From a virus, in the IMG/VR virus record IMGVR_UViG_3300027759_000070, positions 1 to 64,000 of that record: a DNA stretch of 64,000 bases, one strand, 5' to 3'. Shown here piece after piece: positions 38,781 through 48,645 of this stretch (positions within the stretch are counted from its first letter, which is position 1; every line of letters begins with the position of its first letter). The position numbers were made by a program, and so were the translations under genes. Below the pieces are notes generated by a model. It was not told the origin of the DNA, ran no database searches, and was given only the letters and a program-made list of their open reading frames with translations.

Positions 38781-39221
38781 TTATTTAGTACCTTTGTCTT
38801 TCTTCTTATCTTCTTTTCTTTTAGCAATACCAAACATCCTCTGTTCATTCAAGAACATACCTTTCTTAACCAAGCCATAGCCTTCTACTTCGATGTTAGC
38901 TACACTAACACCTTTATCATTCGGGAATACAATAATGTCATCCTTTTTACAAAATTGAACATTTGGACCCATTAAAACCACTTTAGCTTTTCTCCAAGCT
39001 TTTGTGTTTATATTTGTGGGAACGAATAAAGATCCCCGCTTTACTACAGATCCTTGTGAATCTTCGACTTCGTCAACGAATTCAACTAAAACTATATCAT
39101 CAAAAATAAAAGATAACTGGAAATCGTCTAATCCGAATGATCCTTCTGAATTTGCATTCAAATCGATCATTCCCTTTTTTTGCTTCACATTATCCATGTG
39201 AGATGGTACTTCTATAGGCAT
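38781..39221 (-). CDS. GroES-like co-chaperonin
   Basis: DDIVLVE...KRGSLFVP...AKVVLMGPNVQFCKKDDIIVFP...FLNEQRMFG. Confidence 0.75.
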   Translation of the reverse strand: MPIEVPSHMDNVKQKKGMIDLNANSEGSFGLDDFQLSFIFDDIVLVEFVDEVEDSQGSVVKRGSLFVPTNINTKAWRKAKVVLMGPNVQFCKKDDIIVFPNDKGVSVANIEVEGYGLVKKGMFLNEQRMFGIAKRKEDKKKDKGTK

Positions 39222-39226
39222 ATAAA

Positions 39227-39604
39227 TTAATTATGTTGGTTTTTCAGAAAGTCAACATATTGTTTAATTTCTCTTTCTGATAATTCAAAATTTTTTGCTA
39301 AAATTTTAGTATCAGCATTTTCTTGAATTTTTTCTTCTTTGTTTTTCTTTAAATAACTAATTCTTTTTTTCTTTACTTTTGGTAAAATATTTAATAAGAA
39401 TTCGTACTGTTCCTGTTTCGTGGAAAACGTCTTTCCATAGACATTTGTCGTTTGATTAAGTATCTCAGAAATGTCGGGAGAATACATGCTACACCAGCGA
39501 GCAACCATATAATAATTGAACTGTGTTTCTCCTTCATTTATCGTATTTAGTTTCTTCTTATTGAATAAGACAGAATCTATGAAATTAAATATTGTATCTT
39601 CCAT
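39227..39604 (-). CDS. Clamp loader small subunit-like (gp62-like)
   Basis: FNYYMVARWCSM...QYEFLLNILPK...LAKNFELSEREIKQY. Confidence 0.65.
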   Translation of the reverse strand: MEDTIFNFIDSVLFNKKKLNTINEGETQFNYYMVARWCSMYSPDISEILNQTTNVYGKTFSTKQEQYEFLLNILPKVKKKRISYLKKNKEEKIQENADTKILAKNFELSEREIKQYVDFLKNQHN

Positions 39605-40596
39605 TATTTTTCTAACTGTTCTTTAATCCACCAGTATACACTACTCAATCCCTTTTGTAAAGGGTAATTTGGCTTCCAGTTTAACTTCTTGAAAATCAAC
39701 TCATTGTCGGAATTTCTGCCGCGAACACCAAGGGGTCCACTGATATGCTTTTTAACTAAATTTTTACTTTCCATCGAAGCCGCAATATCAACAAGTTGAT
39801 TTATGGTAACCATCTCGTCCGAACCGATATTTACTGGACCAGTAAAATCAGATTCCATTAGTCTTCTTACTCCTTCAATACATTCGTCAATATACAGAAA
39901 TGATCTGGTCTGTTTCCCATCACCCCATATTTCGATTTCTCCTCCATCTTTTGCCATTAATACTTTTCTGCAAATAGCTGCTGGTGCCTTTTCTTTTCCA
40001 CCGTTCCAAGTTCCCATAGGACCAAAAATATTATGGAAGCGAGCAATACGGACATTCATTCCAAAATTTCTTGCATATGCCAAATAAAGTCTTTCGCTGA
40101 AAAGCTTTTCCCATCCATATTCACTATCTGGTGCAGCAGGATATGCAGACTCTTCTGAGCACTTTGGATTATTCGGATCTTCTTGGTTGTATGCTGGGTA
40201 CATACAGGCACTGCTCGAATAGAACACTTTCTTTACATTAAATTGTTTACAGAGTTCAGCGATGTTCAAATTAATTTGAGCCGAATTATGCATCAAAACA
40301 GCATCATTATCACCACTAAAGATGTATCCAGCCCCACCCATGTCTGCTGCTAATTGATATACTTCATCAAATGCGTTTTCTTTTTCATCCAAACTGTGTT
40401 GACCGGGTGCCATCATTAGCAATGAACATTTATTATAATCCGTTAAATCCGCAATCACAAAGTCATCCGCAGATGTTTTCGAATATTCTGGATACTTTAA
40501 ATCCGCAGCACGAACCCAATATCCTTCAGACTTTAAACGATTGACCAAATGATTTCCGATAAATCCCCCTGCTCCTAGTACTAATGCTTTTTTCAT
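39604..40596 (-). CDS. NAD-dependent epimerase, GDP-mannose 3,5-epimerase-like
   Basis: GAGGFIG, LAADMGGAG, SSACMYP, YGWEK, EKAPAAICRK, GVRGRNSDN. Confidence 0.9.
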   Translation of the reverse strand: MKKALVLGAGGFIGNHLVNRLKSEGYWVRAADLKYPEYSKTSADDFVIADLTDYNKCSLLMMAPGQHSLDEKENAFDEVYQLAADMGGAGYIFSGDNDAVLMHNSAQINLNIAELCKQFNVKKVFYSSSACMYPAYNQEDPNNPKCSEESAYPAAPDSEYGWEKLFSERLYLAYARNFGMNVRIARFHNIFGPMGTWNGGKEKAPAAICRKVLMAKDGGEIEIWGDGKQTRSFLYIDECIEGVRRLMESDFTGPVNIGSDEMVTINQLVDIAASMESKNLVKKHISGPLGVRGRNSDNELIFKKLNWKPNYPLQKGLSSVYWWIKEQLEK

Positions 40597-40598
40597 AT

Positions 40599-41309
40599 TT
40601 AAATATTTTTTATAAAAATTCTATTGTGTCCAACACATGATAATTCTTCGTAATTCTTGTCAGTTTCCATATGATCCTTTATGGCATCACAAACCTCTTT
40701 ATGTCCCCTAAATATAGGCAATCCACCAAGATCCTTATAACATGATGCATCATCAAACACTATAACTCCTTTGTTTTTTGTTATTTCTTTAGCTAAAGCT
40801 ATATCAGAAACTACCGTATCATAATCATGACCACCATCTACATAAATTAGATCAATAGGCCCAATTTTCTTAATTTCATCTTTTATAGAATTATCCGTAG
40901 AAAATCCTCGTATTATTTGTTTATCTAAATCAAATGGCAAAGAAAACTTATCAAATAATCCTTTAACTAATTTAGGATAATCAACTTTATCATATGTTGA
41001 ATATTTGTCTCCTGCATCAGATAATGGAGAAACCCCGTATATTGACGCATTTTTATTGTATTTTTTATTTAAAAATGTTATTAGATTCAATATCTGTCCT
41101 TTAAAAACTCCTATTTCTAGAAATGTAAATACGGAAGGCATTTCTTTTACTAATTCTCTCCACATTACATAATGTGCATCATCAACAAACCCATAAGAAT
41201 TCTGTTTAACATACTCTCTTATTAATTTTAATTTATCGTCACTCCTATATTCGGAATTACACAAATTATACAAATCTACTTCGTTTTTATTTTTAAAAAA
41301 TTCAAACAT
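40599..41309 (-). CDS. Class I SAM-dependent methyltransferase
   Basis: FLEIGVFKG, LIYVDGGHDY, IVFDD. Confidence 0.8.
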   Translation of the reverse strand: MFEFFKNKNEVDLYNLCNSEYRSDDKLKLIREYVKQNSYGFVDDAHYVMWRELVKEMPSVFTFLEIGVFKGQILNLITFLNKKYNKNASIYGVSPLSDAGDKYSTYDKVDYPKLVKGLFDKFSLPFDLDKQIIRGFSTDNSIKDEIKKIGPIDLIYVDGGHDYDTVVSDIALAKEITKNKGVIVFDDASCYKDLGGLPIFRGHKEVCDAIKDHMETDKNYEELSCVGHNRIFIKNI

Positions 41310-41313
41310 AATA

Positions 41314-41907
41314 CTAGTCAATACAATTTTTAATGATTTCTGTATACTCTGCGTCTTTTGTGATTAACTTTTCGTATCGTTCTTTTGAAATATATTTTGG
41401 ATTTATCCACCAATCTTCAAATGGATTTCCAGACAGATGTACATTATCTCCTACCAAAACATATCCTAAACTACTTAAAAATTCTCTTTGAGGAATTTTT
41501 TCTGAAAGTTCGTATCCTCTGTAAGAATCATGTTCTATAGTCAAAACTTTAAATTCCCTACCAGAAGAAAATACGTTTTTTAACGTCCGCACTCTCGTAT
41601 TATCTCCTTCCAAATCAATAGTCAAATAATCAATTACAGCAGGAAAACCATTATCATCAAATAATTTTTTATAGTCTATATTTAGAGCATCATTACAAAC
41701 AAATTTAGTCTTTCTCTTTTGCCATTCTTTTGACAAATCGGTTATATCTAAAGATAATCCATCCCATCCTTCGTTTTCTAATTTTAATGTGTTGTTTATA
41801 TTGTCTGGAACCCAGCATCCAATATCTACAAAAAACTTTTTATCATCAGTTTTTACCAAATACGAAACAAATATATCTTGACCAGCTTGTGAAAAACTAT
41901 CACTCAT
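41314..41907 (-). CDS. FkbM-like methyltransferase
   Basis: SQAGQD, FVDIG, NNT, IDYLTIDLE, FEDWW. Confidence 0.8.
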   Translation of the reverse strand: MSDSFSQAGQDIFVSYLVKTDDKKFFVDIGCWVPDNINNTLKLENEGWDGLSLDITDLSKEWQKRKTKFVCNDALNIDYKKLFDDNGFPAVIDYLTIDLEGDNTRVRTLKNVFSSGREFKVLTIEHDSYRGYELSEKIPQREFLSSLGYVLVGDNVHLSGNPFEDWWINPKYISKERYEKLITKDAEYTEIIKNCID

Positions 41908-41913
41908 ATCAAT

Positions 41914-42675
41914 TTACTTAATTAGATATTTTGCATTTTCAATACAAATTTGTTTATTATCATAATGATGAGTTACACAATTATAAGTTTGAACCACTTT
42001 GTAATTGTGTTTAAAAAATATCCAATTATTTGCAGTTTGTTCACAACAATGCCAAATTTTAGAATTTACGTCAGTAACATCAGAAATATCAACATTCACC
42101 ATAGAATCACAAACAGATCTTAATTCTAATTCTGGATAATCATGTGGTATTCCAAGAACACCTAAATTATAAATTGGTATATCTGTTCTTCCAATAGTAT
42201 TTTGTGCTACCTTTATTTCACCCATCAAAGGATTTCCTTCCTGTATTCTTCTTTCGTATTTCCATACAAAAACTTCATTAGGATTTGGTTCTGGTAAAGC
42301 ATCATGAAATATCAAATCATTATCAATCTTTACAGTAAATTCTGTACTACTTTTTGCATAATAAATAAAATCGGTTAATACATCAAAACAATATTTTAAT
42401 CCATTGGTATACTTTTTAAACATTGGAATAATGTCATGATATCTTACTCGATCTTGATCAATGTTGTATTTAAACATTTTTTCTTTCAGATACTCTATAT
42501 CATCTGTGTATATGTCTAAAATTCTTTTTGGGTTTTTATCCACAAATGTAGCATAAGATGCGGCAGAATATTCAAATATATAGTTCTTATTCCCATATAC
42601 ATCCTTTGCCCAAGATCTTCCAATCTCTGCTAATTTGTTTATGTCGTAATTATAAGTTAATGCAATTGTTTTCAT
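41914..42675 (-). CDS. Putative glycosyltransferase (GT-A-like)
   Basis: IYTD, KIDND (DxD), YNLGVLG, CEQ. Confidence 0.5.
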   Translation of the reverse strand: MKTIALTYNYDINKLAEIGRSWAKDVYGNKNYIFEYSAASYATFVDKNPKRILDIYTDDIEYLKEKMFKYNIDQDRVRYHDIIPMFKKYTNGLKYCFDVLTDFIYYAKSSTEFTVKIDNDLIFHDALPEPNPNEVFVWKYERRIQEGNPLMGEIKVAQNTIGRTDIPIYNLGVLGIPHDYPELELRSVCDSMVNVDISDVTDVNSKIWHCCEQTANNWIFFKHNYKVVQTYNCVTHHYDNKQICIENAKYLIK

Positions 42676-42676
42676 T

Positions 42677-43291
42677 TTATTTTTTAATGTAAAATCCGTC
42701 TCCCCAAGATACCCCAGCCCAATCTTGTTCTACTAATTCAAATCCATATGCTCCCAAAAAATTATTTAATTCATTTACAGATGGAGCATCTTTATAAACC
42801 ATTTCTTTGTGTTCTGTGTTTCTGTTTATTTCACACATAATATAATCGATATGATTTAAAGTTTTTTCAGAACCTTTCAAAACTTCCAACTCATATCCTT
42901 GGACATCAATGTTTAAAAAATTATAAAATGTGTAATTAAAATCATCTAATCGTTTCATTTCGACAATTTCTTTATTACTAAATCTTGTAGTACCCCAATC
43001 TAAATTAAAATTGGGTTCCAATATAGACGAACATCCACAAGCATCAACATCCTCTATAAACATTTCTATAGATTTTGTTTCATTTCCTAATGCACAATTA
43101 TGCAAAATAGCATCAGATATTTTACTTCTTAAAACGTCAAAAGTTTTTTTAACTGGTTCAAAATAAACAAGATTTGATACATTTAAATTTTTGTATAATT
43201 CATGTTCTCCTCCATGATGGGCACCAATATGAATTATTCCATTTATTTTTAAGTTATATTTCTGATTAATCTGTGCTAAATCCAATATCAT
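42677..43291 (-). CDS. FkbM family methyltransferase
   Basis: IIHIGAH, FEP, SSILEP, LNIDVQGYELEVLKG, WGDGFY. Confidence 0.88.
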   Translation of the reverse strand: MILDLAQINQKYNLKINGIIHIGAHHGGEHELYKNLNVSNLVYFEPVKKTFDVLRSKISDAILHNCALGNETKSIEMFIEDVDACGCSSILEPNFNLDWGTTRFSNKEIVEMKRLDDFNYTFYNFLNIDVQGYELEVLKGSEKTLNHIDYIMCEINRNTEHKEMVYKDAPSVNELNNFLGAYGFELVEQDWAGVSWGDGFYIKK

Positions 43292-43986
43292 ATTGTACCT
43301 CTAATATCTTTATTAATCCCGTATTCCTGTAGTAATGGATTTAATTCGTCTGGATATTCTGATGTATTCCATTTACCTTTGACCAAAGCTGTTGCTATAT
43401 ACGGATAAACGTCCGAATCATAATGATTCTGTCCTCTTTTTGATTCGTTGTCATAATGATATAGTCCTTTTAAATTTAGCTCTATGCATTTTTGTACATA
43501 AGTTTCGTTCTCAAACCATTTCGAAGCCTTTACCTCTTTATATAGTTTTATAAAATCTGATGTTCTCCATATAGTAGGTTGCATCGAAAATATGTTTTGA
43601 TTATCAGACTCAATCTCATACAAAGTATTTGAAAGCTGAATCTTATTCAAAGCTCCAGACTTTATCAACCTGATAAATGAATATTCTGGATTTTCTTTTA
43701 AAAATTCTTTATACTCATTCAACTTATCTTCGTTTACCTTATTATACAAAACAAAATCTTCTTGTAGATATATAAAAAATTCTGGGTTTATGTCTTCTAA
43801 AGTTTGAACCCATGTTTGCCAATAAGGTTGAGAATTTTTGTAAATATAAATGTTTTTATATTTTTTATCATTATGGGGAACATCAGATAATAGATATAAT
43901 CGGTATGAACAAAATTTTTTGTTTTGTTCATAAAACATATCCCATACATCAGACGTATTACTATTGGTATAACATACTTGTATCAT
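43288..43986 (-). CDS. Putative glycosyltransferase
   Basis: YLQEDF, FSMQPTIW, TALVKGKW; start reset to ATGA overlap. Confidence 0.55.
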   Translation of the reverse strand: MIQVCYTNSNTSDVWDMFYEQNKKFCSYRLYLLSDVPHNDKKYKNIYIYKNSQPYWQTWVQTLEDINPEFFIYLQEDFVLYNKVNEDKLNEYKEFLKENPEYSFIRLIKSGALNKIQLSNTLYEIESDNQNIFSMQPTIWRTSDFIKLYKEVKASKWFENETYVQKCIELNLKGLYHYDNESKRGQNHYDSDVYPYIATALVKGKWNTSEYPDELNPLLQEYGINKDIRGTI

Positions 43987-44402
43987 AAATAATCTACACA
44001 AACTCCGTAACAGTTGTAATTTTTACTTTTCCAATCTTTATCAAAATCTACTATAATTGATCTATCAACAACATCTTTATTAGGATATGTCCATATATAT
44101 CCAGATGATGTTAATGTACAATCATCTTCTTGATGCCAAAAACAATTTTTAATGTTATATTTCAACATGTAATGCAATGCATCTAAATTCTTTGCGTGGC
44201 ACCACAACCCATACTTTTGAAGGAATTCGTGATTAACAATATATGTTGGTTTGTCATGTCCCAAAATAATAAGTCCATCTTGAAACCAAACATCAATTTC
44301 TACTTCAATGTTTTTATCAAGCAATGAACTGATGTGATTTGGGTTATTTTCTAAATATTCGTTAGTACCACTAACATTTCCTCTATGAGATATTATCAAC
44401 AT
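43983..44402 (-). CDS. GDPD/PLC-like phosphodiesterase fold protein
   Basis: IISHRGN, VEIDVW, LGHD, LWCHAKN, FWHQED, WTYP. Confidence 0.7.
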   Translation of the reverse strand: MLIISHRGNVSGTNEYLENNPNHISSLLDKNIEVEIDVWFQDGLIILGHDKPTYIVNHEFLQKYGLWCHAKNLDALHYMLKYNIKNCFWHQEDDCTLTSSGYIWTYPNKDVVDRSIIVDFDKDWKSKNYNCYGVCVDYL

Positions 44403-45030
44403 AATCTTTATTGACTGCTAATATGTCTCCTTCTCCATATGGATGGGGGCATGGAATGAATTCAACTTTAAAATTATTTTGTGTTAAAAATTCTTCCAGA
44501 TCTGTTTTTAATATATGACCCTCATAATAAGGAGAAACCGATGCTTCACAATGGATGAATTTTACATTTTTTAGGAAATCCCCCATACCTTTCAAAGCCA
44601 AAAGCTCGACACCCTGCGTATCCATCCACAATACATCAACAGATTCTATATTGTTTTCTATTAACCATTCATCTAATCTTACACAATCTACTGATATCTT
44701 TTTACAGTCTTGTGTACTGGCAAAAGGAACATCTATTGGTTTTAATAATGATGAGGCACCGATATTTCCTAAAGTCAAATAAAAATCTAATTGTCCCTTT
44801 ACGTCACCTACAGCAAATTGATACACATAAACATTTGGACATGTTTTTGATTTTTTTTCACATATATCAAACTGACTTGGATTCGGCTCAAATGCATGTA
44901 TGGTCGAAGTTGGAAAAGTTTTAGAGAATTCTATGCTTTGATCTAAATCCCTAGATCCAACATCCAATATTATTTTTGGATTTATTCCCCCATGAGAATT
45001 TATAAATGATATGAAGTTATCTATTAGCAT
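44383..45030 (-). CDS. FkbM family methyltransferase
   Basis: ILDVGS, AFEPNP, SSLLKP, WMDTQGVEL. Confidence 0.88.
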   Translation of the reverse strand: MLIDNFISFINSHGGINPKIILDVGSRDLDQSIEFSKTFPTSTIHAFEPNPSQFDICEKKSKTCPNVYVYQFAVGDVKGQLDFYLTLGNIGASSLLKPIDVPFASTQDCKKISVDCVRLDEWLIENNIESVDVLWMDTQGVELLALKGMGDFLKNVKFIHCEASVSPYYEGHILKTDLEEFLTQNNFKVEFIPCPHPYGEGDILAVNKDYVDNIS

Positions 45031-46214
45031 TTAATTACACCCCATTTTTCTATAGCTTGATGATATTCATCACCATACTCTTTATCTATGCTCTGTCTCA
45101 TAGATTTTGCTCCAGCTAATGTTCCATTTGGATGTCCATGAATACCACCACCAACATTAGCCATATAATCAACACCTAATCGGCTATTAACCATTTCTGT
45201 CAGCCCAGCATTGAATCCACAGCTTATAGCTGGCATTACATTTAATTCCGTAAGAATCTTACAAGAATCAATTACTTCCTGTTCGTCCCACTTATAATAC
45301 CCTCCAATCATACCAGCATGTATGAAATCCACGCCACTTAATCCTGCAATCTTACAAATTACTCTCCAATCAATATGGAATGCATGGGATTTGTTTGTAA
45401 AAATTTTGTCTCCACTTTTTTGGAAGTGAATGAAAATCGGCAAGTCCAATTCTCTAATTGATCTGTACACACCTAACCCACACCAAAAATTAACATGAAC
45501 AGAATTCCCCCCTAAAGAATGTACTAGTTTTACTCTTTCCAAAATCTTGTCTGGGTCACAATGAATTGATACCGAATAAATTACATTCTTATCTTTTAAA
45601 TAATCCATTATCAAAGGGACACGTTCTTCAAGAGGACACAAGTCAAACTCAGACATAATTTCGTCCTCCTTAATAAAGTTGACACCACCATCAACTAATT
45701 CTTTCACCATTTCTAATAAAACTTGGGGTGTTACACCAATTTTAGGTTTAACTATTGCTCCTAATACTGGTTTATCGTATGAATTTACAAACTTCCTAAT
45801 TCCAGATATTCCATACTTTGGCCCTTTGAATTCAGATAAAATAGAATCAGGAAATTCTATGTCTAATACATGACATTGGTCAACTACATCAATATCCAGT
45901 TGCCCACCCATTAAATTTACTAGCAAATGAGATATTCCGTTGTTTTTAAAGTTGATGTTTACGGTTGGGAACGCAATATCGACAATACCTTCAACTCTAG
46001 ATTCTAGATTTTTTTTATCATCCAAAATGATACAAGAATATTTTTCAAACAATTCTTCGGTTTCCCATTTGTTTCGTACTTTAGGATTTCCTACAGACTG
46101 TCCAATCGCCAATGCCCATGCGGCATCATTTAAATTTGTTGTTGACTTTATGTAGTACTTAACAATCAAATAATCATCTTTGTTTATATCTTCTAATTTT
46201 TTATAGATGTTCAT
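45024..46214 (-). CDS. RuBisCO-like protein (form IV-like)
   Basis: IVKPKIG, GGVNFIKEDE, DFIHAG, PAISCG, GGGIHGHPNGTLAGA. Confidence 0.9.
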   Translation of the reverse strand: MNIYKKLEDINKDDYLIVKYYIKSTTNLNDAAWALAIGQSVGNPKVRNKWETEELFEKYSCIILDDKKNLESRVEGIVDIAFPTVNINFKNNGISHLLVNLMGGQLDIDVVDQCHVLDIEFPDSILSEFKGPKYGISGIRKFVNSYDKPVLGAIVKPKIGVTPQVLLEMVKELVDGGVNFIKEDEIMSEFDLCPLEERVPLIMDYLKDKNVIYSVSIHCDPDKILERVKLVHSLGGNSVHVNFWCGLGVYRSIRELDLPIFIHFQKSGDKIFTNKSHAFHIDWRVICKIAGLSGVDFIHAGMIGGYYKWDEQEVIDSCKILTELNVMPAISCGFNAGLTEMVNSRLGVDYMANVGGGIHGHPNGTLAGAKSMRQSIDKEYGDEYHQAIEKWGVIKC

Positions 46215-46250
46215 TGAACTTATTTAAAATTTAATTTAGTAAAATCAAGA

Positions 46251-46571
46251 TTAAATTAAAATTTTATCCCCAACAACACTAGGAGTTTTAACTACACACA
46301 AATAACAGTCTTCTAGGAAGACTGGATCAGCTATTTCATTTGGAAAAATCACAAATACATCCCCAGAATTTAATTCTTGACCTTGTATAGTCATTTTTCC
46401 AGAGATTAAAAAATTAATTTCTGTTAATTTTTCGTGATAATGTGCTTCCCAAAATTCTCCTTTTTTATGAACTTTATACCCTACTTCAAAATCTTGGGTT
46501 TTGTAACAACTAGGTTCAAAATTTCCCACAAACCATCCACCCTTATAATCTTCGATTTTTGTTATTTTCAT
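46251..46571 (-). CDS. Cupin domain protein
   Basis: KGGWFVGNFEP, HYH...EIN, GDVF, VVKTPS. Confidence 0.8.
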   Translation of the reverse strand: MKITKIEDYKGGWFVGNFEPSCYKTQDFEVGYKVHKKGEFWEAHYHEKLTEINFLISGKMTIQGQELNSGDVFVIFPNEIADPVFLEDCYLCVVKTPSVVGDKILI

Positions 46572-47326
46572 AAAATAAACTTACACTTTTCTAATAAATT
46601 CTTTTTATATAAATGGTATTTATATATGTAATGATGATTTAAAATACATAAGATATTACCAATTACTAGATTAGTAGATCTTTCATTTATTGGTTTTAAT
46701 ATCTCATTACTAAATTCGTTATGTGTATTTGATATAGGCCAACCTTCAACAAAAAGTTTTTTAAAATAATCACTATCATCCATCAAGTATTCAAAAAGAT
46801 CATCATATAATTCACAAATAAGTTTTATATTTTCATAAGAAGAATAAAACCAATGTTCAGTCATACCAGAATTTAATTGATTCCATGTCTTACAGTATAC
46901 TAAATTTGTGTCAATATTTTCTTCAAAATTTAAAACACAAAGATGATCCTGTGGAGCATTATATATTCCGTGCCAATTGAATACATCAAACCTACAAATT
47001 ATTACACAATCATATTTGTCTTGTATAAAATCAAAACATTGTTTTCTAGAATAAGTGTAACTAAACAGTTTATATAATGATGTTCCTCCAGATTCTAGTT
47101 TTTCTGGATTAAACATTTTTATTTCTTCGCTGAAATCTTTTTGTACTTCAAATTTATGATTTACTGGTTTATACTTTTTTAGTATATCATTTATTATTTC
47201 AGTATTAGTCTCCCATGCGTGTATGTACACATCCACATCATATTTTGATAATATATGATCGTTTAATATCTCAAATGATCTAGAATAATCATTGGTCAGA
47301 CCACATATACATAACGCAATTTTCAT
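46568..47326 (-). CDS. Hypothetical glycan-pathway protein
   Basis: MKIALCICG, DVYIHAW, YDCVIICRFD pattern typical of glycan clusters. Confidence 0.55.
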   Translation of the reverse strand: MKIALCICGLTNDYSRSFEILNDHILSKYDVDVYIHAWETNTEIINDILKKYKPVNHKFEVQKDFSEEIKMFNPEKLESGGTSLYKLFSYTYSRKQCFDFIQDKYDCVIICRFDVFNWHGIYNAPQDHLCVLNFEENIDTNLVYCKTWNQLNSGMTEHWFYSSYENIKLICELYDDLFEYLMDDSDYFKKLFVEGWPISNTHNEFSNEILKPINERSTNLVIGNILCILNHHYIYKYHLYKKNLLEKCKFIL

Positions 47327-48049
47327 TTATAACAAAATGTATTTATTTAAATCTTCGGGGGTTCCTATAGGGAAATGCAAATTAAAATAATAGGGATGAA
47401 TTTTTTTATTATTTTTAATCAAATAATTATAAGTAGGTGCTACATAAAATTCATTATTATATCTTTCATTATTTTCTATCATAATTTTTGCAGAATCTAC
47501 GAAAAGTGATCCGTGTTTCCAAAAGTGGAACCCATTAGTAGCTATGTTGCTTATAACAACTTTTTCTTTAACATCGACTATTTCAAAGTTATCATTTAGT
47601 TTGACATAACTATTTTTATTTGAAACTGAATTAAACACACCTAAAATTCCATCACTATTATTGCGATTGGAATATTTTATGATCGTATTTATATTTAAAT
47701 CTTCTGTTATTTGATCACAGTTTGTTATTACCAAAGGAGTTTCATTATCAATTAAGTGCTGAGATAACAAGCAAGTACAAGCAGATCCTTCTGTTAGATA
47801 ATCTATTGATATAATTTCAAAATTTACATTCAATCTTTTGCATATGCTTTGTAAATTATGAATTGGTAATTCCTTTCTAGTTATAAAAATAAACCTAGTA
47901 TTTTTGAGTTGATTATTATTCTCTATAACACGTTCTATCATTGGCTTCCCATTTACATCTATAAATGGTTTAAATTCATTTGGATGTGTTTTTTGGAACC
48001 TTGATCCTAAACCAGCCATAGGTATCAATATGTTTAAATTTTCATTCAT
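47327..48049 (-). CDS. Sugar-phosphate nucleotidyltransferase-like protein
   Basis: ILIPMAGLGSRF, KPFIDV, TEGSAC, NCDQ, EFYVAP, GTPEDL. Confidence 0.85.
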   Translation of the reverse strand: MNENLNILIPMAGLGSRFQKTHPNEFKPFIDVNGKPMIERVIENNNQLKNTRFIFITRKELPIHNLQSICKRLNVNFEIISIDYLTEGSACTCLLSQHLIDNETPLVITNCDQITEDLNINTIIKYSNRNNSDGILGVFNSVSNKNSYVKLNDNFEIVDVKEKVVISNIATNGFHFWKHGSLFVDSAKIMIENNERYNNEFYVAPTYNYLIKNNKKIHPYYFNLHFPIGTPEDLNKYILL

Positions 48050-48645
48050 AATTTATAGCAATCGTGTTTTTTATATTCGCTTATTCTTGTGTTGTATTTT
48101 ATCCAATGTAGATCATTGTTGTCGTTTAAATCATTTAATATAAAATTAACAGGAACACCATCTAAGTAATTATAAAATCTTCTAGTTAAAATTTGTTCCA
48201 CAAAATCAGTAGTTCTTACATCATCAATTTCCCATAATTTTATTAGATCTTCCGTTTTGGCAGACATAAAATAATCAATAAAATATTTTCCTGATTGTGG
48301 GCTACCCACATGTTGTCCTATAAAATTAAATTTATGAAAATCTATTATCTTCATAAATTCATTAAAATTAGTAGGAATCAAGTCGTTTCTTAATTTTAAA
48401 ATATATTCGTATCCCTTTTCTTTGCAAAGATATAATCCATTTAAGCTACATACTTTTTGATAGTAAAAAAGATGAGGACCAGCTTCTATTGGAGGTTCAT
48501 TAAACAAAACAATATCATTACTGTGGTATTTCTGCTCATCACCTTTCCATGTAGAAAAAATTAAATTAAACCCAGAAAATGCTTTTTTAATTTCTGGAAT
48601 ATTTGTGCTTTTTCCTGTAATTAAAATTACAAAATTAAAATTCAC
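48046..48645 (-). CDS. WavE-like glycan biosynthesis protein
   Basis: IFSTW, YQKVCSLNGL, LKLRND; start reset to GTG 48645. Confidence 0.55.
   Translation of the reverse strand: MNFNFVILITGKSTNIPEIKKAFSGFNLIFSTWKGDEQKYHSNDIVLFNEPPIEAGPHLFYYQKVCSLNGLYLCKEKGYEYILKLRNDLIPTNFNEFMKIIDFHKFNFIGQHVGSPQSGKYFIDYFMSAKTEDLIKLWEIDDVRTTDFVEQILTRRFYNYLDGVPVNFILNDLNDNNDLHWIKYNTRISEYKKHDCYKL

Noticed and set aside
45024-46214. Carbon-fixing RuBisCO auxiliary gene
   Set aside because: Key carboxylase residues appear substituted, there is no rbcS or prk nearby, and the context is glycan synthesis
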